From: Thermoanaerobaculia bacterium
GTDB taxonomy: Bacteria; Acidobacteriota; Thermoanaerobaculia; Multivoradales; JAGPDF01
Direction of reading: 5' to 3'
DNA length: 64,000 nt
Assembly: GCA_046331385.1 (NCBI GenBank)
Contig: JAXLQW010000001.1
Coordinates: 3,580,366 to 3,644,365 of the forward strand
The notes under the pieces were generated by a model. It was not told the origin of the DNA. It searched no databases and saw only the letters and a list, made by a program, of their open reading frames with translations. Shown here piece after piece: positions 20,370 to 29,657 of this stretch. Within the stretch, counting starts at the first letter, position 1; the number at the start of each line of letters is the position of its first letter. Position numbers and translations under genes: made by a program.

Positions 20370-22808
20370 CTATTCGCTGCGCAGGACGGCGATGGGCTCG
20401 GTGCGCGCCGCGGCGAGCGCCGGTCCGAGGCCGGCGCCGACGGCGACCGCGGCGATGAAGAGAGCGACGGCAATCCAGGTGGCCGGGTCGAGCGGACTCA
20501 CTCCGGCGAGCTGGCTGGCGACCAGGCGCGACAGCGCCGCGCCGCCTGCGAGGCCGGCCGCGAGGCCGATCGCCGCCAGGACGACCGCCTCCGAGAGGAT
20601 CCAGCGCGCGATGCGCGGCGCGGTGGCGCCGATCGCCATGCGCACGCCCACTTCGCGCGCGCGTTGCGTGACCAGGAAGGCGACCAGCGCGTAGAGCCCG
20701 GTCGCCGACAGGAAGATGGCGAGGGTCGCGAAGGCGCCCACCATCCACAGCGTCAGGCGGCGGTCGGCGAGCGACGCGGAGAGCACCTCGTCGAGGGTGA
20801 GGAGGGTGTGCACCGGCTGCTGCGGCGCGATCTCGCGCACCGCCGCGCGCACCGCGGCGGCGAGGCTCGAAGTCGGCAGCGCCGAGCGCACCACCAACAC
20901 GATGTCGTTGGCGAACATGTTGGCGACCCGCGGATCGGTGGCGAGGAAGGTGAGCTCCGGCAGCGACTCCTGTTCGAGGCCGCCCTGGCGCACGTCGCCC
21001 ACCACGCCGACGATCGTGACGTAGTCCTCGCCGCCGAAGCGGACGCGGCGGCCGAGAACGTCGCCCGCCGGGAAATGGCGGCGGACGAAGGCCTGGTTGA
21101 CCAGGCAGGGCGCCGGCGAGCGATCGTCTTGCGAGGCCGCGGCGTCGCTGGCGGCGAGGAAGCGCCCGGCCTTGAGCGGCACGCCGAGGGCGCGGAAGGC
21201 GTCGGCGCTCGCGGCCCGCGTCTCGACCCACCATTCCTCGCCCGCCGGCGGCGCCTGCAGGCCCTCGATGGTGTACGAGGTGTTGCGCCCCCAGTTCTGT
21301 ATCGGCAACAGCGAAACCACGCCCGCCGACTCGACCCCGGGCAGCGCCGAGAGCCGATCGAGCATCGGCGCGAGGAGCGTCGCGCCGACCGTGCCGTTCG
21401 CCACCATCCGCTCGTCGGGCGACAGGTGGAGGGTCAGCACGCCGACGCGATCGAAGCCCGGGGAGACGCCCTGCAGATGGAAGAAGGTGCGCAGCAGCAG
21501 TCCGGCGCCGAGCAGGAGGGTGGTCGAGAGCGCCACCTGCGCCGTGACCAGCGTCCGCCGCGCGCGCTGGCGACCGCGACCCCCAGTGGCGCGCAGGCCG
21601 CTCTCGACCAGCTCGCGGGCGAGTTGGTCGCGCGACAGGGCGAGGGTCGGGGCGAGACCGAAGAGCAGTCCCGTCGCGCCGCCGATCGCGAGCAGGAAGG
21701 CGAACGCCGCGAAGTCGATGCGCAGGGCGCCGAGGTCGGGCAGCAGCTGGGCGACGCGCGGCGCGAGCCAGGCGAGCAGCCCGCGCGCCACCGCTACCGC
21801 CAGCACCAGGCCGGCCGCGGTCAGCAGCAGGTTCTCGACCGCGAGCTGGCGAACGACCTGGAAGCGCGACGCGCCGAGCGCGGCGCGGATCGACATCTCG
21901 CGCTGGCGGGCGGCGGCGCGAGCGAGAGCGAGACCGGCGAGGTTGGCGCAGGCGATCGCCAGCACCGCACCGACCGCGCCGAAGAGCAGCAGCAGCGTCG
22001 GCCGGATCGAGCCGCGGATCGCCTCGGTCAGCGGCAGGACGCGCACCCCGCGCCCGGTCTGCGCGTCGGGGTACTCCATTTCGAGCCGGGCGGCGATCTC
22101 CTCGAGCTGCTTCCTGCCGCGCTCGATCGGCACGCCGGGGGCGAGCTTGCCGAGCACGCCGAGGTAGTGCTCGCCGCGCATCTCGGCGAGCTCGCCCGGC
22201 AGGTGCGGCAGGTAGAGATCCACCTTGGCGCCGTAGGTCGGATAGCGGAAGGAATCGGGAAGCACGCCGACGACGACGTGGGCGACGCCGTCGAGCACCA
22301 GCGGCCGGCCGACGACGCCGGGATCGGCGCCGAAGCGCCGGCGCCAGAAGCGCTCGGCGAGCACCGCCACGCGGCTCGACTCCGGGCGCTCGTCGTCGGC
22401 GGTGAACAGGCGGCCGACGATCGGCCGCGCGCCGAGCACCGAGAAGAGCGAGGCAGTGGATTCGAGCGCCGGCAGGCGCTCCGGGTCGCCCGCGCCCTGC
22501 AAGTTGCGGCTGGCGGCGGTGTAGGCGGCGAGCGCCGCGAAGGAGTCGGCGCGCGCGCTCCAGTCGCGGAAATTGGGCGCCGAAGCCGTGCCGAAGCCGG
22601 CGTCGTGGCTGTAGGTTTCCCAGATCCGCACCAAGCGATCGGAGTCGGGGTAGGGCAGCGGCGCGATCAGCTCGCGGTGGACGACCGAGAAAATCGCCAC
22701 GTTCGCCCCGACGCCGAGGGCGAGAATGGCGACCACCGCGATGGCGTAGCCCGGGACGCGGGCGAGCGAGCGCAGAGCGACGCGGAACTCCGCCAGGAGC
22801 GCGGACAC
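20370..22808 (-). CDS. ADOP-type ABC permease, paralog A. It is the first of the array in transcription order.
   Basis: The 812-aa ORF starts MSALLAEFRVALRSLARVPGYAIAVVAILALGVGANVAIFSVVHRELIAPLPYPDSDRLV and ends in IAVLRSE. Confidence 0.85.
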   Translation of the reverse strand: MSALLAEFRVALRSLARVPGYAIAVVAILALGVGANVAIFSVVHRELIAPLPYPDSDRLVRIWETYSHDAGFGTASAPNFRDWSARADSFAALAAYTAASRNLQGAGDPERLPALESTASLFSVLGARPIVGRLFTADDERPESSRVAVLAERFWRRRFGADPGVVGRPLVLDGVAHVVVGVLPDSFRYPTYGAKVDLYLPHLPGELAEMRGEHYLGVLGKLAPGVPIERGRKQLEEIAARLEMEYPDAQTGRGVRVLPLTEAIRGSIRPTLLLLFGAVGAVLAIACANLAGLALARAAARQREMSIRAALGASRFQVVRQLAVENLLLTAAGLVLAVAVARGLLAWLAPRVAQLLPDLGALRIDFAAFAFLLAIGGATGLLFGLAPTLALSRDQLARELVESGLRATGGRGRQRARRTLVTAQVALSTTLLLGAGLLLRTFFHLQGVSPGFDRVGVLTLHLSPDERMVANGTVGATLLAPMLDRLSALPGVESAGVVSLLPIQNWGRNTSYTIEGLQAPPAGEEWWVETRAASADAFRALGVPLKAGRFLAASDAAASQDDRSPAPCLVNQAFVRRHFPAGDVLGRRVRFGGEDYVTIVGVVGDVRQGGLEQESLPELTFLATDPRVANMFANDIVLVVRSALPTSSLAAAVRAAVREIAPQQPVHTLLTLDEVLSASLADRRLTLWMVGAFATLAIFLSATGLYALVAFLVTQRAREVGVRMAIGATAPRIARWILSEAVVLAAIGLAAGLAGGAALSRLVASQLAGVSPLDPATWIAVALFIAAVAVGAGLGPALAAARTEPIAVLRSE

Positions 22809-22818
22809 CGCTCCTCCG

Positions 22819-23528
<710 letters not shown>

Positions 23529-23532
<4 letters not shown>

Positions 23533-24776
23533 TCCAGTCGGACGCGGTCGAACGCGTCCCAGGTCGACATGTCGGAGAGGATCACGCGGTCCCCTTCAGC
23601 GAGGCCGCTTTGGACTTCGATGAGGTGCACCGAGCCGCGCCCGAGCTTCACCTGCACGCGGGCCGCGTCGTCGCCGTCGGCGCCGACCCGGAACAGGGTC
23701 ACGGTCGACTCGGGCTGACCGAACGCCGGGCGGCCGACGAAGAGCACGTCCGAGAGATGCTCGAGCTCGATCGTGCCGTCGACCGACAGGTCGGGGCGCG
23801 CGCCCTTGGGCAGGGTCCCGAGGAGCTGGACGTCGACGGTGACCGTGCCGTTCTGCACCGCCGGATCGATGCGCAGCACCTTGCCCTCGACCACGCCGTT
23901 GCGGGTGTCGATCTTCGCCGGCTGGCCGAGGAGCACGTCGCGCGCCTGGGTCTCGGCGATTTTCAACTCCGCCTTGAGCGGTTCGGGGCGGGCGACGCGC
24001 GCCAGCGTCGTGCCCGGCGTCACCCGCTGGCCGACCTCGACCGGCAGCTGCTGCAGGACGCCGGCGAGCCCGGCGCGCACCTTGAGCGCCTCGACTTCGC
24101 CGGCGCGCAGGCGGTGGAGCTCGCGCAACTGATCGACCCGCGCCTGCTGCGCCGCGAGCTGGGCCTGGATCGAGGCCTCGCCGCCGGTCAGGCGCTGGGT
24201 CTCGAGGTCGGTGCGGGTTTTCAGCTCCTCGGCCCGCACGCGCGAGATCTTGAGCTGCAGGGCGGAGACCAGCCCCTCCTTGGCGAGCTGCTCGTTGGCC
24301 TCGGCCTCGAGCCGCGCCTGTTGGTAGTCGGCGTCGACCGACGCGGCCTGGGCTTTCTGGTCGAGCTTGGTGCTCTCGAGCCGGACGCGAAGGGCGGCGA
24401 GGTCGGCTTCGGCGGCGCGCTCCTGGAACTCGGCGTCGCGCGCCGAGACCTCGAGCTCCGGGTTGGTCAGCTCGAGGATCACGCTGTCGGGTTCCACCGC
24501 GGCTCCCGGCTGCAGCAGGAGGCGCTCGATCCGGCCTTCGGAGGCGGCCGAGATCCAGCGAATGTCGATCGGCACCAGCGTCCCGTTGCCGCGCACCTCG
24601 CGCACGAAGTCGCCGCGCCGGACGGTGTCGATCCACAGCGTGCCCTTCTCGACCTGCGGTGCCGCCGGCTTGAGGCGGGCGAGGCCGACGGTCACGAGCG
24701 CGATCGCCAGCGTCGCGCCGCCTCCGACGAGAAGTCGCCGGCGCGTGCGGTTCGGGGGCGTGCGAGGAATGTCCAT
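23529..24776 (-). CDS. HlyD/MacA-family periplasmic adaptor (membrane-fusion protein) with a long coiled-coil hairpin.
   Basis: The protein has an N-terminal TM anchor (RRRLLVGGGATLAIALVTVGLA), then a Q/A/E/L-rich coiled coil (RVRLESTKLDQKAQAASVDADYQQARLEAEANEQL...), then beta-barrel/MP-proximal regions. The ORF track starts at a TTG at 24792-24794. The ATG at 24774-24776 (MDIPRTPP) is chosen here because a sigma-54 promoter element overlaps the TTG. Confidence 0.8.
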
Positions 24777-24790
24777 CGCATCTCTCCATG

Positions 24791-24805
24791 GCAACGTCGG
24801 TGCCA
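24791..24805 (-). promoter_or_regulatory. Candidate sigma-54 (RpoN) -24/-12 promoter, TGGCAC-N5-TTGC on the minus strand, directly upstream of the adaptor/ATPase/ADOP operon.
   Basis: The reverse complement of 24786-24807 reads cTGGCACcgacgTTGCcatgg. This is a perfect match to the GG-N10-GC core consensus (TGGCAC N5 TTGC). The predicted start site is around 24779, just 5' of the ATG at 24776. Confidence 0.45.
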
Positions 24806-24992
24806 GGTCCGGAGTTTCAACCTAACTTACGATCCGGCCTCGGTTTGGGTTGCGCGGCGGCGGGCCGGCGCGGGGGCCGCCGTGTGCGCTGCCGGGACGA
24901 GACTGTGCCGGAAGCGGACACCGCCGCGCTCCCGGCGGGCCCCTGCCGAAAGTGGGGATCGACCGTCGGCCGAGAATGAATAGAATGCGCCG

Positions 24993-26627
24993 GTGATGAG
25001 CCAACAGCCCGAGGCGGTGGGCCGCTACCGGATCGTCCAGGAGATCGGACGGGGTGCGATGGGGGCGGTCTACAAGGCCGTCGACCCGCAGCTCGACCGC
25101 CAAGTGGCGATCAAGATGATCTCGGTCGCCATGGCCGGCGGCAGCGACAACGTGGACGAGATTTCGGCGCGCTTCGAGCGCGAAGCGCGAGTCGCCGCGC
25201 GCCTGCACCACCCCAACGTGGTCGCGGTCTACGACGTCGGCAAGCAGGACGACAAGCTCTACCTGGTGATGGAGTTCGTCGAGGGCGAGACCCTCGCCCA
25301 GCGCCTGTCGCGCGGCGAGTTTCCCTCGGTCGAGCTGGCGCTCGACATCGTCTCGCAGTCGGCCGACGCGCTCGCCGTGGCGCACGCGGCGGGAGTCGTG
25401 CATCGCGACATCAAGCCCGGCAACATCCTCATCTCGCGCGAAGGCAAAGTGAAGGTGAGCGACTTCGGGGTCGCCAAGGCGGTCGGCGAGGGCACCGAGC
25501 TGACGCGCACCGGGATGATGGTCGGCAGCCCGGCCTACATGGCGCCGGAGCAGGTCAAGGGCATGCTGCTCGACGGCCGCAGCGACCTGTTCTCCTTGGG
25601 CGTGGTGCTGTTCGAGATGCTGCTGCACCGCAAGCCCTTCCCCGCCGACACGGTGACCACGCTCGTCTACCAGATCCTCAACGAGGATCCGCTGTCGGAC
25701 ATCACGCTCTCCGGGGTGCTCAATCGCGAGGTGCAGGAGCTGCTGCGCTGGTCGCTCGCCAAGGATCGCGAATCGCGGGTGCCCGACGCCCAGACCCTGG
25801 CGGTCAAGGCGCGCGCCATCCTGGCGCGCATCCGCGGCGGAGAGCCGGCCGAGACCGCCCCCACTCGGCAGATGAACCGCGCCGCCTCGACCGCGCCGAC
25901 GGCGCTCGCCGTCACGCCGCCGCTGCCCGGAGCGCCGGAGCCCGCGAAGACCCCGAGCGCGCCCGAGAAAAAGGGGGGCGGCCTGGGCCTCATCGCCGGC
26001 CTCGGCGGCGGCCTGGTGGCGATCGGCCTGGTGGCTTTCCTGATTCTGCACAAACCGGCGGTGCCGCCCTCGACCGACGAGCAGCAGACCCCGGGGGCGA
26101 CGAGCTCGTCGACCGCCACGCCGGCCAACGGCTCGCCGGGGGTACCGACGACCTCGATCCCTCCCACGACTACGGTCCCGCCGACCGGCGAAGCGAACCC
26201 CGCGGTGGCGGAGCCCGGCGCGCGCGCCACCCAGCCGGCGACGACCGCGCCCAAGGCGCCGAAGAAGCCGGCGACCCAGCCGACGGCGGTGGCGACGACC
26301 CCGACGTCGCCAGTCGTGGAACCGGTCGAACCGCCGGCGCCGAAGATCCACATCGCCGAGACCTTCATCTGTCGCGAGGCGGCCGAGTTCCACGTCGATC
26401 CCGAGGACACGATGATCGAGATCGACGGCACGCCGATCGGCAAGGCCGACGATTGGGACGGCATGGGGGGCGGCAAGGCCTACAAGTTCCCCGGCCCGGG
26501 CGAGTACACGGTGAAGCTGTCGCTCGCCAAGTTCAAGACTGCGTGGATCAAGATCGTCGTCACGCCGTCCTCGCGCACCAAGACGGTCAACGTCGACACC
26601 GAGCTCGAGGAAGACAAGGACAACTAG
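24993..26627 (+). CDS. Membrane-anchored Ser/Thr protein kinase (Hanks type) with a Pro/Thr-rich linker, a single TM helix and an extracytoplasmic PEGA-like C-terminal domain.
   Basis: The kinase domain reads GRYRIVQEIGRGAMGAVYKA...AIKMI...HRDIKPGNILI...DFGVAK...GSPAYMAPE. The TM helix is GLGLIAGLGGGLVAIGLVAFLIL, followed by a linker of P/T/A repeats. The C-terminus (...EIDGTPIGKADDWD...KFPGPGEYTVKLSLAKFKTAWIKIVV) resembles a PEGA beta-sandwich. The start is GTG 24993 or ATG 24996. Confidence 0.85.
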   Translation: MMSQQPEAVGRYRIVQEIGRGAMGAVYKAVDPQLDRQVAIKMISVAMAGGSDNVDEISARFEREARVAARLHHPNVVAVYDVGKQDDKLYLVMEFVEGETLAQRLSRGEFPSVELALDIVSQSADALAVAHAAGVVHRDIKPGNILISREGKVKVSDFGVAKAVGEGTELTRTGMMVGSPAYMAPEQVKGMLLDGRSDLFSLGVVLFEMLLHRKPFPADTVTTLVYQILNEDPLSDITLSGVLNREVQELLRWSLAKDRESRVPDAQTLAVKARAILARIRGGEPAETAPTRQMNRAASTAPTALAVTPPLPGAPEPAKTPSAPEKKGGGLGLIAGLGGGLVAIGLVAFLILHKPAVPPSTDEQQTPGATSSSTATPANGSPGVPTTSIPPTTTVPPTGEANPAVAEPGARATQPATTAPKAPKKPATQPTAVATTPTSPVVEPVEPPAPKIHIAETFICREAAEFHVDPEDTMIEIDGTPIGKADDWDGMGGGKAYKFPGPGEYTVKLSLAKFKTAWIKIVVTPSSRTKTVNVDTELEEDKDN

Positions 26628-26655
26628 GGCGGTCGCGCCGCCGGCCGGCGCGCCT

Positions 26656-27558
26656 TCAGTAGATCTGCTTGCCGAGCAGACTGGTGGCGAGCCCGACCAG
26701 GGTGTTGGCGGTCAGGTTCTCGCGGTCGAGGATCGGATTGACCTCGACCAGATCGAGGCTGGTGACCCGCCCCGAGTCGGCGAGCAGCTCCATCAACAGA
26801 TGGGCCTCGCGGTAGGTGAGGCCGCCCGGCACGGGCGTTCCGACCCCCGGCGCGACCTCCGGGTCGAGCACGTCGGCGTCGAAGGAGACGTGCAGGCGGT
26901 CGACGCCGGCGAGGCGACCGAGCGCCATCTCGGCGACGCGCGCGATCCCCGAGCGGTCGATGTCGGTCATCGTGTGCACGGTGACCCCGGCGGCGCGCAT
27001 CAGCCGCTTCTCCTCGCCGTCGAGATCGCGGATGCCGATCAGCACGACGTCTTCCGGCCGGATCTTCGCCCCCGGCCAGGCGAGGTCGACCAGCCGCGAC
27101 TCGCCGACGCCGCACAGGGCGGCGAGCGGCATGCCGTGGATGTTGCCCGAGGGCGAGGTCGCCGGGGTGTTGAAGTCGCCGTGGGCGTCGACCCACAGCA
27201 CGCCGGTGCGCCGCCGCCGCGAGCAGCCGGTGACCGAGCCCATGGCGATCGAGTGATCGCCGCCGAGGACCACCGGGAAGACGTCGTCGTCGAGCTCGAG
27301 CAGCGCCCGGGCGGCGCTCTGGCAAGCGGCGCGGATCGCCTCGAGGAAGGCCATGCCGCCGCCGGGGCCCGAGTGCGGCAGGTCGAGCTCCTCGGCCCCG
27401 GGCACGTCGATGTCGCCGAGATCGTGCACCGCGTGGCCGAGGGCCTCGAAGCTCTCCTGCAGCCGGCCGTAGCGCAGGGCCGACGGACCCATGTCCACCC
27501 CGCGCCGCCCCTGCCCGAGGTCCATCGGCATGCCGAGGATCGCGATCCGCTTCGCCAT
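26656..27558 (-). CDS. Arginase-family ureohydrolase (arginase, agmatinase or formiminoglutamase fold). Its size favours arginase.
   Basis: The 300-aa ORF carries the Mn-binding motifs GGDHSIAMG, DAHGDFNT and SFDADVLDP. Confidence 0.8.
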   Translation of the reverse strand: MAKRIAILGMPMDLGQGRRGVDMGPSALRYGRLQESFEALGHAVHDLGDIDVPGAEELDLPHSGPGGGMAFLEAIRAACQSAARALLELDDDVFPVVLGGDHSIAMGSVTGCSRRRRTGVLWVDAHGDFNTPATSPSGNIHGMPLAALCGVGESRLVDLAWPGAKIRPEDVVLIGIRDLDGEEKRLMRAAGVTVHTMTDIDRSGIARVAEMALGRLAGVDRLHVSFDADVLDPEVAPGVGTPVPGGLTYREAHLLMELLADSGRVTSLDLVEVNPILDRENLTANTLVGLATSLLGKQIY

Positions 27559-27611
27559 AGGCCGCGGATCCTAGCGCGAGGCCCCGTGACGAGGCACTTC
27601 GAGGACCGGGG

Positions 27612-29657
27612 CTATGGGCAGGTCGCGAACGCGGAAGCGTCGAGGATGGGCTCGAACGGGTGCCCCGAAGCGTTGTCGTAGATCCTGGTCTCGTGCGCCA
27701 CGGTGTCTTCGACGGTCAGATGCACGCCGACGTCGGTCAATCCGGCCGTGTAGACCCAGTAGCGCTCGTAGGGCACGCAGGCGTCGAGCACTTTGACGAA
27801 GAGCTCGAGGTTGTCCGCGCCGAAGAACCAGAAGCTGCCGCTGTCGGGCGTGAGCGGCACGGCGGAGGCCTGGCCGGCCAGGCCGACCGCGCTCGCGAAG
27901 GTCGCCGAGACACGGAAACGCGCTCGATTGAGGCAGAGATGGGTCGAGTCCGCCGCGCAGGAGCCTTCGATCGCATCGGGCCGCAGCTCGGCGCCCGGGC
28001 CAGGACGCTCGCCGGTGCCCTGGGCCGAGCTCCGAAGCGCGGCCGCTTGGGGGTTCAGCCCTTGGGAGGAAGGTGCCACGGCGTCGCAGACGGGGAGCGC
28101 GAGAACGTCCTGGATGGGCGGGAACGGAGTGCCGAGCACGGTGTCGCGGATCCAGGTCCTGCCGCTCCAAGTGTCGATCACGCCGAGGGTGACTTCGACG
28201 TCGGTCAACCCGGCGGCGTAGACCCAGAAGTTCTCGTCGACGCCGCAGCCGTCGAGGATCTTGACCACGACTTCGAGGTTGTCGGCGCCGAAGAACCAGA
28301 ACCCGCCCGTGTCGGCCGTGAGCGGCACCGGATGTCCCGCGCCCTCGTCGCCCTGGGGCGTCCGCCACAGCGTACAGACCTCGAAGCGCCCACCGCCCAG
28401 ACGCAAGCGTTCGGCCCCCGGAGCACAACCGCGGAAGTACCGCCGCGCGGCAACGTCGAGCGTTCCGACCTCGGGGTCGAGGGAGTCGGCCTCCCAGGTG
28501 ACGACGAAGGCGCCCGAGTCGGAGAGCGCGACGAAGGGCCAGCTGTCGGCACGCTCGGCGCGCGTTATGTCGTCCGAGATCAATACTTCATCCCCGGCCG
28601 GCGAGCCTTCGGAACGGAAGAGACGGGCGTAGACGTCTTGGGACCGCCCTGCCTCGCCATCCGTCTTCCATGCGATGACGAAGTGACCCGCCGCATCCGA
28701 GGACAGGCTTGGCTGGTACCGATCGACCGCAGACGTTTCGCTTACAGGAACTTCCCCGGAGAGTGGACTTCCTCCAGAGGAGAAGATCCGGAATACGACG
28801 TCGTAGATTGCGGACTCCGAAGTTTCTCCTTCCCAGACGGCGACGAAGCGCTCCCCAGGGAGAGCCGCCACCCACGGTACATACTGAGGCCCATTCGATC
28901 CCGCAGCCAGTTCGAACTCCGGCGAGAGTGCCACACCCTCCGGGTCGAAGATTCGGCCCTTAACGTCGAAGCCAGCGGCGTTTTCATCCGCCCAGACGAT
29001 CATTGCCTTACCAGACGGTGACCGGGCAATCCGCGGAAGCGATGAGCCGAACTGCGGCGCGAACTCATTCACGGCGAGCAGGTCGGTGAGGGGGACCCCA
29101 TTCGCGTCGAAGCGACGAATGAAAATCTTGGCCACATCGTCTATTGGTGCCGCGAGCAGCGAACAGGCCGCGGTGACCGAAAACCCACCGTCGCCCAAAG
29201 CCGCGATTCTCGGGGCGGAACACTGATATTCGGGTCCGTGGATTGGAATTGGCTCTCCTCCTCGAGTGCCGTCGGCCAGGAGCGGAAGCACCGCCTCTCC
29301 AGACAATTCGAGGTAACCCGCGTACCAACCACCGTCTGGCTTCGATACAACGCACGTCAGCCCTTCTGCGCCGTCCGGGTGATCGCTGAGGAGCAAGTCC
29401 GGTCCCAGGGATCCATCTAGATTCAGGAACGTTGCTACCTCTCCAAAGAGGGGTTCATGGAAATTACCGAAAGCCAGGAGGGCCCGCCCCGAGCCGTCAA
29501 TCGAGATCGAGGACGGCCATTGAAGTCCAGTCGTGACTGGCGGGACTGCCGTCAGCGGCCCCAACGGAACTTGGGCTGCCAGCGGTCCATTTTGGCTAAC
29601 GATTGCACCGATTACAGCCAACGCGGACCGGCAGCAAGACGAGACGCAGATTCTCAA
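27612..29657 (-). CDS. Secreted repeat protein. The N-terminal half is built of ~45-aa Trp-containing beta-propeller-like repeats. The C-terminal part carries two tandem copies of an uncharacterised ~100-aa Cys-containing domain, the second ending in ...AFATCP.
   Basis: The 681-aa ORF has a signal-peptide-like N-terminus (MRICVSSCCRSALAVIGAIVSQNGPLAAQ). The repeats read AMIVWADENAAGFDVKGRIFDPEGVAL, RFVAVWEGETSESAIYDVVFRIFSSGGSPL, HFVIAWKTDGEAGRSQDVYARLFRSEGSPAGDEVLIS and AFVVTWEADSLDPEVGTLDVAARRYF. The two C-terminal domains are RFEVCTLW...FWFFGADNLEVVVKILDGC...YWVYAAGLTDVEVTL...PVCD and RFRVSATF...FWFFGADNLELFVKVLDAC...YWVYTAGLTDVGVHLTV...AFATCP. The gene spans a sharp GC or codon-usage break near 28640. 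Confidence 0.6.
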   Translation of the reverse strand: MRICVSSCCRSALAVIGAIVSQNGPLAAQVPLGPLTAVPPVTTGLQWPSSISIDGSGRALLAFGNFHEPLFGEVATFLNLDGSLGPDLLLSDHPDGAEGLTCVVSKPDGGWYAGYLELSGEAVLPLLADGTRGGEPIPIHGPEYQCSAPRIAALGDGGFSVTAACSLLAAPIDDVAKIFIRRFDANGVPLTDLLAVNEFAPQFGSSLPRIARSPSGKAMIVWADENAAGFDVKGRIFDPEGVALSPEFELAAGSNGPQYVPWVAALPGERFVAVWEGETSESAIYDVVFRIFSSGGSPLSGEVPVSETSAVDRYQPSLSSDAAGHFVIAWKTDGEAGRSQDVYARLFRSEGSPAGDEVLISDDITRAERADSWPFVALSDSGAFVVTWEADSLDPEVGTLDVAARRYFRGCAPGAERLRLGGGRFEVCTLWRTPQGDEGAGHPVPLTADTGGFWFFGADNLEVVVKILDGCGVDENFWVYAAGLTDVEVTLGVIDTWSGRTWIRDTVLGTPFPPIQDVLALPVCDAVAPSSQGLNPQAAALRSSAQGTGERPGPGAELRPDAIEGSCAADSTHLCLNRARFRVSATFASAVGLAGQASAVPLTPDSGSFWFFGADNLELFVKVLDACVPYERYWVYTAGLTDVGVHLTVEDTVAHETRIYDNASGHPFEPILDASAFATCP

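Noticed and set aside
24786-24801. Plus-strand sigma-54-like reading (TGGCAAcgtcgGTGCC) pointing toward the Ser/Thr kinase gene.
   Set aside because: It is an imperfect mirror image of the palindromic core. The minus-strand reading is an exact consensus and is correctly placed for the operon.
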